This document shows, one piece after another, positions 42,075 to 51,613 of a stretch of DNA of 64,000 bases; the first letter of the stretch is position 1; the number at the start of each line of letters is the position of its first letter. The notes beneath the pieces are model-generated. The model saw only the letters and a program-made list of their open reading frames with translations. It made no database searches and had not been told where the DNA came from. The stretch is from Gammaproteobacteria bacterium (GTDB lineage Bacteria > Pseudomonadota > Gammaproteobacteria > CBDBBL01). The position numbers and the translations under genes are program-made. Location: the NCBI GenBank assembly GCA_965203125.1, contig CBDBBL010000018.1:11949-75948 (forward strand), written 5' to 3'.

Positions 42075-42252
42075 TATATAAGATACGGGTGTTTTAACGG
42101 TATATTTTAACTGCATGAATTTTGCAAAATTGAGATTTAAAAACTTTCACAATAGCTTGCCCAGAATATGACTAGGGCTCGACTTTTTAAATCTAATTTT
42201 ACTAAAATTCATTTTGTTAAAACTCCAGCGTCTTGAAAGATGGTGGGTATAG
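42075..42252. mobile_element. MITE copy A3 (left end degenerate)
   Basis: …catgaattttgcaaaattgagatttaaaaactttcacaatagcttgc…aaatctaattttactaaaattcattttgttaaaactccagcgtcttgaaagatggtgggtatag. Confidence 0.7.
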
Positions 42253-42261
42253 CCTCAATTT

Positions 42262-43419
42262 CTAAACCCGCTGCAAAATAATACTACCGATCGAGTACCC
42301 AGCACCGAAAGAACATAACACCCCATAATCACCTGCAGAAAAATCATCATGATAATGATGAAATGCAATCACAGAACCCGCCGAACTTGTATTGCCATAA
42401 CAACTTAGGATTTGTGGCGCTTGCATTTCACTTGGTTCAACCCCAAGTACTTTTGTCGCAATCAAACGATTCATATTACTATTAGCTTGATGCAGCCATA
42501 AGCGCTGAATATCTTTTGCCTCAATCTTACACTTCTGTAGTTGCTGTCTCATAAACTCACTAGCCATCGGAACCACTTCTTTAAAAACTTTCCGACCCTG
42601 CTGTGTAATCGAGAGCTCTTCTGTACGACGAGGTGGTCTTTCACAGTGGTTTAAGAAGCCAAAGTTATTACGAATGTTATTGGAATATACGGTTTTTAGC
42701 TGACAATCAATCACTTGGAACGGACTTGAGCTTGTGGTCAAATCAGCTGATTCCAACAACATAGCTGTACACGCATCTCCGAAGATAAAGTGTGTGTCAC
42801 GATCGGTGAAATTTAAATGCGCTGTACAAATCTCAGGACTAAGCACTAATACTCTTTTAGCTTGGCCTGATGCCACATGATGATATGCTGATGAGAGTCC
42901 AAAAGTTGCAGAAGAGCAAGCCATGCTCATATCATAAGCAAAACCATCAATTCCCAGTTCTGCTTGCACTTCAACTGCAACAGCAGGATATCCACGTTGT
43001 AACATAGAGCAAGAAACAATGACACCATCAATATCAGCACCTGTAAGCTGCTGTTTATCTAGGACAGCTCGCGCTGCCTTAACTGCCATTTCTGCCTGTA
43101 TCGACAATTCGTCATTATTACGAGTGGATAAACAAGGGCGCATGCGATTAACATCCAAAATACCTGCTTTATCGATCACGTGTCGAGAACATATGCCAGA
43201 TGCTTTTTCGATAAATCCAGCATCAGAAAGTGGCTTTTGATCATCAGGAAATTGCTCATTATGCTGAGCAACAGCCTGGTTAAAACTAGCAACTAACTCA
43301 TGATTATCAATCGTATCCTCTGGCACATATAACCCAACACCACTTAGAACAACCGCTTTCACTATAATCCACCTTTTGCTATGAGTGCATCCTTGCGTAA
43401 CCAATATTGATTTAACCAC
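42262..43419 (-). CDS. FabH-like 3-oxoacyl-ACP synthase III-family condensing enzyme
   Basis: Cys-His-Asn triad in KAS III context (MACSSATFG; HQANSNMN; YGNTSSAGS), 385 aa, so longer than FabH. Confidence 0.75.
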   Translation of the reverse strand: MVKSILVTQGCTHSKRWIIVKAVVLSGVGLYVPEDTIDNHELVASFNQAVAQHNEQFPDDQKPLSDAGFIEKASGICSRHVIDKAGILDVNRMRPCLSTRNNDELSIQAEMAVKAARAVLDKQQLTGADIDGVIVSCSMLQRGYPAVAVEVQAELGIDGFAYDMSMACSSATFGLSSAYHHVASGQAKRVLVLSPEICTAHLNFTDRDTHFIFGDACTAMLLESADLTTSSSPFQVIDCQLKTVYSNNIRNNFGFLNHCERPPRRTEELSITQQGRKVFKEVVPMASEFMRQQLQKCKIEAKDIQRLWLHQANSNMNRLIATKVLGVEPSEMQAPQILSCYGNTSSAGSVIAFHHYHDDFSAGDYGVLCSFGAGYSIGSIILQRV

Positions 43420-44420
43420 GCTTTAAACTGTGTTTGAAATACTTGGTCATTCGCATAATCACCAATTAGGAATGACTTAATATCAAACGCTTGAATATAA
43501 ACTTGAATCACCGATGTTTTTCCACATAAGAATTGCCACAATGATTTCATTTTATCTGGGTACACGATGGTCACATCAATCATTTTATCCAGCTTATTCC
43601 CCATGATTTCCAAAGCATATGCCATCCCACCCGCCTTAGGCATTAATAAATGCTGAGCTGAAAAATGATTTCGTTGCTGTTTTTCCTGAGTAAAACGAGT
43701 CCCCTCTGGAAAGATCATTACAGAAGAAGGTAAGCTCAAAAACTGTTGACAACTTTTCTTTGTCGCCAACACATCTTTACCTTGAAGATGTGGCTTCTTG
43801 CGCAACAATGCTTTGGAGTAACGCTTCATAAACGGAAAATTCAATCCCCACCATGCCAAACCAATCACAGGAACCCACTTTAACTCATTTTTAAGAAAAA
43901 ATTTAAGCGTCGGAATCTTACCCAACAGCACTTTCTGTAACACAACAATATCTAACCAAGATTGATGATTAGCCGTCACCATATACCATTTATTAAGACT
44001 TAAACTTTCAAGGCAACCCTCACCAAAGAACAATTCAAAACGTGTTTTCAAGCTATATTTGACAAAAAAATTATTAACACGACTCCAGCCATTTGCCATC
44101 TTTGTTGCTAAATAACTCAACCCATTCCGCAACCTACGCACAGGCATGATCAATTTCAAACAAGCAAACACACATAATGGAATAGTCCAAAAAATAGTAT
44201 TTACTGCCAATAACAAGACTAAAGTGGCACCTTTTAACACTGCAAACATACTCGAAACAGATGAAAATGTCGATTTTCCAACACAAGGAATTTGAGTAGA
44301 ATCAGATTCAGAAACTCGAGTAATAGCATCCCTATTAGGAGAGCTTATGGAGCTGACTTCTGCCGAATTACTGCAGTTGGAATTCGACCTTTTCGTCTGT
44401 TTCGAGTATATACTTTTCAC
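43362..44420 (-). CDS. PlsC/LPLAT-family acyltransferase (HX4D), paralog 1; the N-terminal ~57 aa of the ORF are encoded by MITE C1, and the likely real start is MFAVLKG at ~44247
   Basis: Acyltransferase motif ANHQSWLDIVVL and FPEGTRF. It is a paralog of the protein at 61995-63002. Confidence 0.7.
   Translation of the reverse strand: MKSIYSKQTKRSNSNCSNSAEVSSISSPNRDAITRVSESDSTQIPCVGKSTFSSVSSMFAVLKGATLVLLLAVNTIFWTIPLCVFACLKLIMPVRRLRNGLSYLATKMANGWSRVNNFFVKYSLKTRFELFFGEGCLESLSLNKWYMVTANHQSWLDIVVLQKVLLGKIPTLKFFLKNELKWVPVIGLAWWGLNFPFMKRYSKALLRKKPHLQGKDVLATKKSCQQFLSLPSSVMIFPEGTRFTQEKQQRNHFSAQHLLMPKAGGMAYALEIMGNKLDKMIDVTIVYPDKMKSLWQFLCGKTSVIQVYIQAFDIKSFLIGDYANDQVFQTQFKAWLNQYWLRKDALIAKGGL
44256..44413. 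mobile_element. MITE copy C1 (subfamily C: tatatactcgaaacagatgaaaatgtcga…agtaatagc.…gctatt…tcgacattttcatctgtttcgagtatat)
   Basis: Terminal inverted repeats and central motif shared with copy C2 at 50611. Confidence 0.75.
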
Positions 44421-44425
44421 TCTGA

Positions 44426-45811
44426 TTACTTCCTTTTAAATTTTACACAGGCTGGCAACAACATCAAACATAAACCACCGATTAATAATAACTCATAACG
44501 ATCATGCCCACCAACATTGATATGAGCAGGTGGAATAAAGCTCACAACTAGGGTGCCGATTGCAGAAATCAACCCTAACAACACAAAAACTACACAACCA
44601 ACCTGTCCACCTGGGATTTTGAAATCACGCACTTTATTCGGGTAACGCACTCTTAAAGCCCAGCAAGCTAAAAACATGATTATATACATCACCATGTAAA
44701 TTTGCGTACACAATACCGTCATAAACCAATAGGCACCATTCACAGTAGGAATTAACACGAATGCCATCGTCAAACAAGTCACTAGTACTGCTTGAATAAT
44801 CAGCAAACGACTGGGAGCTTGTGTTTTATTGACAACTAGCAGTGATTTTGGCAAACAACCATCTAGCCCAGCCACATACAACCCACGTGTTGGTGCAATA
44901 ATCCAGTTATTGACTGTACCAAAGACACCCAAAACAACCAAGGCCGCAACAATCGGCAACAACCAATGTAAATGGTAGTGATTAAAAAAAATGGCAACCA
45001 TTTCTATAATCCCTGTTACTAGACTGATCTTAGCAGTCGGTACAACCAATGCAATCGCCAGCGACCCCCCCATTAAGGTGACTAATAGTATGATCGTAGA
45101 AATCAGCAAAGCCTTCGGGTAAGTTTTCTTGGCATTATGTACATCACTACTATGCACTGTGGCAATTTCCATACCACAAAAACACAAAATAATCGCTGTC
45201 AGAGGCACCCACATTGCTTTCTGGTGTAAATCAGGCATTAAATTCCTAAAATGAAGATCAACGGCCAACGGCTGATGAGTCAACACCCAAACGCCACCGA
45301 GCACAATAATTAACACCATCGGTACAATTAATCCAAAAATGGCGCAAATACTCGCCAATCGACTCGATGCCTGAATACCACATAAATTAACCCAAGTTGC
45401 CCCCCAAAAGGCGGCCAATACAACGGTCATAATAAAGTACTTATTATTGGCTAACTCAGGAGAAATCAAATAACCAATCGTACCCGCCATAAATGCTAAA
45501 ATTGCTGGATAATAGAAAATATTTTCTGCCCACTGCGCCCAAACTGCCAAGAAACCCCATCTTGTACCAAATGCCTCCTTAACCCATAAATAAATCCCTC
45601 CACTGTCTTCATAGCTTGACGCTAATTCAGCAGAAACAAATGCGCTAGGAAGCAAGAAACAAACAGCTGCAAGCAAGAAAAAGAAAATCAAACTGCTACC
45701 AAATAATGCTGTTGTCGACAAATTCCGAATCGAATCGACAGAACCAACGGTCATCATCACAATAGAAAAAACACCCAATTTTTTAACGGAAGCACGAGAT
45801 GATGATGTCAT
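44426..45811 (-). CDS. APC-superfamily amino acid permease/antiporter
   Basis: 461 aa with ~12 TM segments; N-terminal GVFSIVMMTVGSV…GGIYLWVKEAFG, typical of APC transporters. Confidence 0.75.
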   Translation of the reverse strand: MTSSSRASVKKLGVFSIVMMTVGSVDSIRNLSTTALFGSSLIFFFLLAAVCFLLPSAFVSAELASSYEDSGGIYLWVKEAFGTRWGFLAVWAQWAENIFYYPAILAFMAGTIGYLISPELANNKYFIMTVVLAAFWGATWVNLCGIQASSRLASICAIFGLIVPMVLIIVLGGVWVLTHQPLAVDLHFRNLMPDLHQKAMWVPLTAIILCFCGMEIATVHSSDVHNAKKTYPKALLISTIILLVTLMGGSLAIALVVPTAKISLVTGIIEMVAIFFNHYHLHWLLPIVAALVVLGVFGTVNNWIIAPTRGLYVAGLDGCLPKSLLVVNKTQAPSRLLIIQAVLVTCLTMAFVLIPTVNGAYWFMTVLCTQIYMVMYIIMFLACWALRVRYPNKVRDFKIPGGQVGCVVFVLLGLISAIGTLVVSFIPPAHINVGGHDRYELLLIGGLCLMLLPACVKFKRK

Positions 45812-45861
45812 ATATTAATATCAATTGTGAAGATCGCACATTGTAATGTAAAATACAGCAG

Positions 45862-46899
45862 ATGTCAGAAAAATTCTCAACAGCATTGCTCAAATGGTAT
45901 AACCAAAATGGTCGACTTGAGCTACCTTGGCGTCAACAGATCACACCTTACCGAGTATGGTTGTCAGAAATCATGTTGCAACAGACACAGGTCAAGACCG
46001 TACTGCCTTATTTTCTAAAGTTCTTACAGCACTTTCCCACCATTGAAGATTTGGCAAAATCTTCTCTCGATAGCGTGCTATCACAATGGGCAGGATTGGG
46101 TTATTACACCAGAGCACGTAATTTGCATCGCTGTGCTAAAATCATTCGGCAACAATATATGAATCAATTTCCAACCACAGTGCAACAGCTTGTTGAATTG
46201 CCTGGAATTGGACTCACCACCGCACATGCTATTTGCGCAATTTGTTTCAATCAATCCACACCGATTTTAGATGGCAATGTCAAACGTATTTTATCTCGCT
46301 ACTATGGTATATTCGGCGACCCCAGCAGCAGCAAAGTCAATAAAACACTTTGGGGGAAAGCTACTGAAATCATGCCAAAAAAACATACGAATGATTACAC
46401 GCAAGCCATTATGGACTTGGGTGCAACCTGCTGTACTCGCAACAATCCTAGCTGTCAGCAATGCCCAGTTCATACGAATTGCTACGCACACCTTCACAAA
46501 GCCACTGCTCAGCTTCCTAGCGCAAAGAAGAAAATCAAGCGCCATATAAGATCATGCTACTTATTAATATTTAAACGCAAAAGTCAAGAAGGACATATTG
46601 AAATATTCTTGCACAAACGACCCCACAAAGGAATTTGGGGAGGACTTTGGAGCTTACCAGAAACTGACACCATTGAAACAACCCACAAGCTATTAGGTGA
46701 CCTAAACGTCAAACATAACCAAGTAGTAAAACTGCCTGCCTTACTGCATCAATTCACCCACATCAAACTCACTGCAACCCCCATAATCATTCCAATTCAT
46801 CATCAAAAGCTACCGTTTGATGGTGGAGTTTGGTACTGTTTGGAAAACATCACGGTCGGAATACCACAACTCATTAAAAAGGTTTTATCACAGTTATGA
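45862..46899 (+). CDS. mutY: A/G-specific adenine DNA glycosylase
   Basis: HhH-GPD segment (LPGIGLTTAHAI), 4Fe-4S cluster Cys ligands (CCTRNNPSCQQCPVHTNC) and a C-terminal NUDIX-like domain. Confidence 0.9.
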   Translation: MSEKFSTALLKWYNQNGRLELPWRQQITPYRVWLSEIMLQQTQVKTVLPYFLKFLQHFPTIEDLAKSSLDSVLSQWAGLGYYTRARNLHRCAKIIRQQYMNQFPTTVQQLVELPGIGLTTAHAICAICFNQSTPILDGNVKRILSRYYGIFGDPSSSKVNKTLWGKATEIMPKKHTNDYTQAIMDLGATCCTRNNPSCQQCPVHTNCYAHLHKATAQLPSAKKKIKRHIRSCYLLIFKRKSQEGHIEIFLHKRPHKGIWGGLWSLPETDTIETTHKLLGDLNVKHNQVVKLPALLHQFTHIKLTATPIIIPIHHQKLPFDGGVWYCLENITVGIPQLIKKVLSQL

Positions 46900-47165
46900 A
46901 TACCATTGAATGTACCTATTTAAACAAATCTTCCCCTGCACTCAAAAAAGCACCTTTTCCTGATGAGCTGGGCAAGCGCATTTTACAGGAAATTTCAAAA
47001 CCTGCATGGATGCTTTGGCTGAACCAACAAACCATGCTCATCAATGAATATCGTCTAGACTTATCCGATCAAAAAGCTCAAGTCTTTCTCAAGAAAGAAC
47101 TCGTTAAGTTTTTATTTGAGAAAGATAGTACACCGCCGCAGGGGTATCAAAAGATGGTGGATTAA
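46896..47165 (+). CDS. yggX: Fe(II)-trafficking / oxidative-damage protection protein YggX
   Basis: 89 aa; immediately downstream of mutY with a 4-nt overlap, as in E. coli; YggX-like sequence (…KPAWMLWLNQQTMLINEYRLD…). Confidence 0.8.
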   Translation: MNTIECTYLNKSSPALKKAPFPDELGKRILQEISKPAWMLWLNQQTMLINEYRLDLSDQKAQVFLKKELVKFLFEKDSTPPQGYQKMVD

Positions 47166-47197
47166 GGAGCGGCCCAACCATCATTGAAAATTGTTTC

Positions 47198-48421
47198 TCA
47201 CCTCCCACCTTTGCAAACCCAAGCACAAAAAAGACTCAACAACAGCATGATCCCAACTAGATATACAATAAACAATTCCGATAGAGACGCAATGTGCAAT
47301 AAACCAAGCGTTGATGATAAGATTGCAGCCACTAGGTACACTAAAGATCCCATCACTGCATTGGCTACTCCTGCCATATCTGGAAATGCGGCAATTGCTC
47401 TAGAAAAAAAGGCAGGAAACGTCATACCACTGAACATACAAACCAAGAAAGCAATGACAGTCAGCAAGGTTAACTGAGCAGTTATAACATGAGCAATTCC
47501 TATCCCAATCACAATCGTTAAAAATAAAGCGACCAGTATTAGCATCAGTAATCGTCTACCATCCCATGGATTAAGAAGACGATAACCGAGTGTACCAACA
47601 ACATACCCTGCTCCAATCATTAAAGCGATATATCCATAATGTAGTGGTGAAACGTGCCAAATATTTTGAACTAAGAATGGAGCTGATACCCCAAATATAA
47701 TCAGTAAGAAATAAAGCGATCCTAATATAGCACTACTCAAAATAAATGAAGTGTTTGACAGCACTGTTAAATAACGTCCTACTATATCTTTAATCGTTAA
47801 CTTAACTAAATGCTGATTGGTTTCTTGCACCACAACTCCATTGGACAAATAGATAGCCAATGAATAAATCGCGTAAAAATAAAAACACGACTGCCAACCC
47901 CATGTATACGTGAGCCATCCTCCAACCCATGGAGCTACAATAGGACCTACACCCCAAGCAATGGTCATGTAAGTACCCACATGCCGTAGCTTTTCTCCTT
48001 GATAGGTGTCTGATGATTGAGCCCTTAATACTGCATTGACAGCACCTGCACTCACACCCTGTAGGTAGCGAAACCCAATGATAAGATAAATATTATGAGT
48101 ACAACTAATAGCAATGCTAGCAATTAAAAAGACAAAGCTACAATATTGAATAATAGGTCGCCTGCCGATCATGTCTGATAGCATCGGCAAAATAAATTGC
48201 CCAAAAAAATTCCCTAAGAAGAAAAAGCTGACTGTTAACTTTATTAATGCACTAGAGACACCAAAATAATGTGCCATACTGGGCAGAGCAGGTGAATATA
48301 AATCCGTGCCAATTCCGCTAAAAGGTGTTGCTAGTAAAATTGCAAACAACACATACTCTGCTGAATTTTTCTTTGTATTCATTTCCAGCACATCCAAGAC
48401 TCGTTGTATTTTTGCGGGCAT
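47198..48421 (-). CDS. MFS transporter (drug:H+ antiporter-like)
   Basis: 407 aa with 12 TM segments and the MFS motif GxLSDxxGRRP (LSDMIGRRP). The 5' end abuts MITE A4. Confidence 0.8.
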   Translation of the reverse strand: MPAKIQRVLDVLEMNTKKNSAEYVLFAILLATPFSGIGTDLYSPALPSMAHYFGVSSALIKLTVSFFFLGNFFGQFILPMLSDMIGRRPIIQYCSFVFLIASIAISCTHNIYLIIGFRYLQGVSAGAVNAVLRAQSSDTYQGEKLRHVGTYMTIAWGVGPIVAPWVGGWLTYTWGWQSCFYFYAIYSLAIYLSNGVVVQETNQHLVKLTIKDIVGRYLTVLSNTSFILSSAILGSLYFLLIIFGVSAPFLVQNIWHVSPLHYGYIALMIGAGYVVGTLGYRLLNPWDGRRLLMLILVALFLTIVIGIGIAHVITAQLTLLTVIAFLVCMFSGMTFPAFFSRAIAAFPDMAGVANAVMGSLVYLVAAILSSTLGLLHIASLSELFIVYLVGIMLLLSLFCAWVCKGGR

Positions 48422-48422
48422 A

Positions 48423-48586
48423 TATACCCATCACCATTCAAGAAACCGATTTTTAACTTCATAAATTTTGCAAAATTGAAATTTAAAAACTTTCGCAATA
48501 GCCTGCTATTACTCGATTTTTCAAATCTAATTTTACTAAAATTCATTTTGTTAAAACTCCAGCGTCTTGAATGGCGATGGGTATAG
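48423..48586. mobile_element. MITE copy A4
   Basis: tatacccatcaccattcaagaaaccgatttttaac…cgcaatagcctgctattactcg…ccagcgtcttgaatggcgatgggtatag. Confidence 0.85.
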
Positions 48587-48618
48587 CTAACACGATTAAG
48601 TATCAACATATTGATTAG

Positions 48619-48662
48619 AAACTACGCCCAAATCTCGGCATCCTCAAGTAGTTTGGGTATAG
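48619..48662. mobile_element. internally deleted micro-copy of a subfamily-B MITE (termini only)
   Basis: tacgcccaaatctcggcatcctcaagtagtttgggtatag, the terminal repeat without the core. Confidence 0.45.
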
Positions 48663-48675
48663 AAAAATGACCGTT

Positions 48676-49797
48676 TCAATTTACCACCAAGTCTCGACCC
48701 AACCAATGTTGCGCCACTTCCGCACCTCGGTAAGGTGGCATCACCGTGTTCTTTGATACCTCTGGCTGCCAACCCTTTTTCGCAAGAAATATTGCCGTTC
48801 CACGCTTTTCACTGTACGCACAAGCACCGAACGTAGAGATATTCCAGCGGTATTTTTGAAAAGTTTCAAAATCAAACTGATGCCTTTTCATACCTTTTAT
48901 ACTTGGCTGCCAACCTTCTAGCTGAAAAAAAGTATCAGGCTTACCTTGCCAAACGGTTGTCGGGCCAATTAAAAACGACAATAAAAAACCATCGTTTTTC
49001 TTTGCACTTGACTGATTGATACGCAGATAATTGCTCGAATGCAAATTAACCGCCAAAGTGTAATGGGAATTACCTAGATTATGATGTTGATCACGCGACA
49101 ATTGCTGCCGAAACGATCTCAAAAACCCCGACCTAGATCGATCCTCAACATCTCTGACCACAAAATGTCCGCCCAAGAGAAATAATTTCAGAAACTCCCT
49201 GACATTAACATCCGAGTTATCGTTGATACCTAAAGCGTTTGAAGATGTCGAGGATTTAACATAATGAGTTTGAGCAGAATCAAATTTACAGAATGGCGCA
49301 ATAGCACCGCTATTGCGAGAGCTTGTAGATTTGCATTCTGACAAACTCATGCCGTTAAAGTTCGGCGTCTTCAAGTGCTTTGGGTATAGAGATAAATCAT
49401 AATGTTGGTAACCTAAAATACGATAAGTTGGAGCAGCTCCTGATTTACCCACATATTCTAGCTGTGGTTTATACATCACTAACTTATGCTCAATCACATA
49501 TCTCTTAATAAATTGGATAAGTGCCCTATCCTTACTATTTGTTCCCTCAGGCGTTTTCCCATTCCAAAGCTCAACCAAATAATCTAAAGTACGATTGAAA
49601 TTCTGCAACGAATAAACAACATGATCACTTCCTTGCTGATAAATACTGTCCTGATAACGATCTAAATTACGCACACCCTGCTCAAAGAGACTATTAACAT
49701 ATTGATTTTTATTACTCAAAGAAGCATCAAGATTCACAATCGAGGCCTGACTAAGTGCAAAACACCCCATCAATAACACACCAATAAAAGCCCTCAT
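48676..49797 (-). CDS. secreted hypothetical protein (signal peptide) carrying an in-frame 55-aa MITE-encoded insert
   Basis: Signal peptide MRAFIGVLLMGCFALSQA. The internal segment LYPKHLKTPNFNGMSLSECKSTSSRNSGAIAPFCKFDSAQTHYVKSSTSSNALGI is encoded by MITE B2. Confidence 0.5.
   Translation of the reverse strand: MRAFIGVLLMGCFALSQASIVNLDASLSNKNQYVNSLFEQGVRNLDRYQDSIYQQGSDHVVYSLQNFNRTLDYLVELWNGKTPEGTNSKDRALIQFIKRYVIEHKLVMYKPQLEYVGKSGAAPTYRILGYQHYDLSLYPKHLKTPNFNGMSLSECKSTSSRNSGAIAPFCKFDSAQTHYVKSSTSSNALGINDNSDVNVREFLKLFLLGGHFVVRDVEDRSRSGFLRSFRQQLSRDQHHNLGNSHYTLAVNLHSSNYLRINQSSAKKNDGFLLSFLIGPTTVWQGKPDTFFQLEGWQPSIKGMKRHQFDFETFQKYRWNISTFGACAYSEKRGTAIFLAKKGWQPEVSKNTVMPPYRGAEVAQHWLGRDLVVN
49225..49389. 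mobile_element. MITE copy B2, in frame inside the CDS 48676-49797
   Basis: …gcgtttgaagatgtcgaggatttaac…gcgcaatagcaccgctattgcgagag…gttcggcgtcttcaagtgctttgggtatag. Confidence 0.8.
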
Positions 49798-49812
49798 CTG
49801 CCCCCCTTAATA

Positions 49813-49976
49813 TATACCCAGACCACTTGAAGACGCCAGACTTTAACGGTATGAGCTCGGCAGAATGCAAATTTAAAAGTTTTCCCAATAGCGATGCTAT
49901 TGCTCAATCTTTTAAATCTGATTCTGCTCAAGCTCATTATGTTAAAACCTCGGTGTCTTCAAGTAATTTGGGTATA
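49813..49976. mobile_element. MITE copy B3
   Basis: tatacccagaccacttgaagacgccagactttaac…cccaatagcgatgctattgctc…cctcggtgtcttcaagtaatttgggtata. Confidence 0.85.
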
Positions 49977-49989
49977 ACCTTTCGTTTTG

Positions 49990-50613
49990 TCAGTGTAGAC
50001 TATCCTGACTAATACGCATTTTTCCTTGACGAATAATCTGACATGAATCTGAAGTAAAATCCACTACTGTTGTTGCTTCAATTTCAGAAAAACCACTATC
50101 CAACACATAATCTACTTGCTTCAACATAGATGTCCTTATATCCCCCGTATGACTCACAACACCATCGTCATGGTGCAACAATGAAACGCTCATTAATGGA
50201 TCACCATACTGGCGTACCAATGCCTGACAAATTTGATGATCAGGCAAACGTAACCCAATGGTTTTACGTTTAGGATGAAGTAACTTCTTTGGCACCTCTT
50301 TTGTCGCATTAAGTACAAATGTAAAAGCCCCTGGTGTATGTCGTTTGAGAAATTTGAATGTATGATTATCGACTTTAGCATAGGTACTTAAATGTGAAAA
50401 ACCCTGGCAAATTAGCGTAAATAAGTGATTCTTTTCCAACTGTCTTATTTGACGAATACGTTCTATTGCCTTTGCTTGCCCAACACCACAGCCTAACGCA
50501 TAACCAGAATCGGTCGGATAAATAATCACTGCACCCTCATGCAAATCATCCACAACCTGTTGCAACAAACGTTCTTGTGGGTTCTGCTGATGTATCGTTA
50601 GTATTTTAGCCAT
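49990..50613 (-). CDS. tsaC: L-threonylcarbamoyladenylate synthase (YrdC/TsaC family)
   Basis: 207 aa; YrdC motif PTDSGYALGC and the KxR…R layout. Confidence 0.8.
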   Translation of the reverse strand: MAKILTIHQQNPQERLLQQVVDDLHEGAVIIYPTDSGYALGCGVGQAKAIERIRQIRQLEKNHLFTLICQGFSHLSTYAKVDNHTFKFLKRHTPGAFTFVLNATKEVPKKLLHPKRKTIGLRLPDHQICQALVRQYGDPLMSVSLLHHDDGVVSHTGDIRTSMLKQVDYVLDSGFSEIEATTVVDFTSDSCQIIRQGKMRISQDSLH

Positions 50614-50787
50614 AGGTGAGTATATACTCGAAACAGATGAAAATGTCGAATTCTAACTTCAGAAATTCGGCAGACATTGAACTCAAACAACCTCTCAATA
50701 GCCGTGCTATTACTCAACTTTTTGATTCCAATTCTGCCCTAACTTCTTATGCTAGAAAATCGACATTTTCATCTGTTTCGAGTATAT
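50611..50787. mobile_element. MITE copy C2
   Basis: tatatactcgaaacagatgaaaatgtcgaattc…ctcaatagccgtgctattactcaac…tcgacattttcatctgtttcgagtatat. Confidence 0.8.
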
Positions 50788-50821
50788 TAACGTCGAGTTA
50801 ACATAAAGCAATTTAAGACAC

Positions 50822-51352
50822 ATGAAACTACTGTTTGACTTCTTTCCCATCTTACTATTTTTTATCAGTTACAAATGGCTCGGTATTTACATTGCAACGG
50901 CAGTCACTATTGTAGCATCCATTCTTCAAGTAGGCTGGATTTACTATCGCTATCGAAAATTAGAACCAGTACATCTCATTACTTTAGCCTCGGTTGTGAT
51001 TTTAGGTGGTGCAACACTATTATTTCATAATGAACTCTTCATTAAATGGAAACCCACTGCTATTTATTGGCTCATGGCACTGGCATTTCTTATCAGTCAC
51101 TTTATGCAGAAAAATCTTATATATCGCATGATGTCGAGCCAAATTGAACTACCTAAGAAAATCTGGAAAACGCTCAATCTCTGCTGGGTTGCATTCTTTG
51201 TTTTCATGGGGGCGCTCAATATATACGTCGTCTATCACTTCAGTACAAACACATGGGTAGACTTTAAACTATTTGGCACCTTAATACTGACACTGATTTT
51301 TGGTGTCGGGCAGGCACTGTACTTAAGTCAACATATTAAGGAACGTGTATAG
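50822..51352 (+). CDS. yciB: intracellular septation protein A / YciB-family inner-membrane protein
   Basis: 176 aa; MKLLFDFFPILLFFISYK N-terminus and 5 TM segments, typical of YciB. Confidence 0.8.
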   Translation: MKLLFDFFPILLFFISYKWLGIYIATAVTIVASILQVGWIYYRYRKLEPVHLITLASVVILGGATLLFHNELFIKWKPTAIYWLMALAFLISHFMQKNLIYRMMSSQIELPKKIWKTLNLCWVAFFVFMGALNIYVVYHFSTNTWVDFKLFGTLILTLIFGVGQALYLSQHIKERV

Positions 51353-51355
51353 CAA

Positions 51356-51613
51356 ATGACTGAACGCATCCACAAAATACGGCAATGTCTTGAAACATCT
51401 TTAGCACCAGAACAGCTACATATTGAAGATGAGAGTGACCAACACATTGGACATGCAGGTGCGAAATCTGGTAGAGGCCACTTTGCCCTCACCATTAAAT
51501 CCAAACAGCTATCGAAACAAAATAAAATAAAAGCACATCAAATGATCTATCATGCGCTCGGAGAGCTAATGAACACAGATATTCATGCCTTACGCATTAA
51601 GATTGAAAAGTAG
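51356..51613 (+). CDS. BolA-family protein (YrbA/IbaG-like)
   Basis: 85 aa; BolA signature …DESDQHIGHAG…HFALTIKS…. Confidence 0.8.
   Translation: MTERIHKIRQCLETSLAPEQLHIEDESDQHIGHAGAKSGRGHFALTIKSKQLSKQNKIKAHQMIYHALGELMNTDIHALRIKIEK

Noticed and set aside
48379-48609. Small ORFs lying entirely inside MITEs (48379-48609, 48404-48586, 54549-54749, 50616-50801, 49827-50012, 61964-62173)
   Set aside because: They are the same element translated repeatedly (e.g. FNKMNFRKIKFKK… recurs), with no independent start or stop context. They are by-products of the palindromic repeats, not conserved genes.
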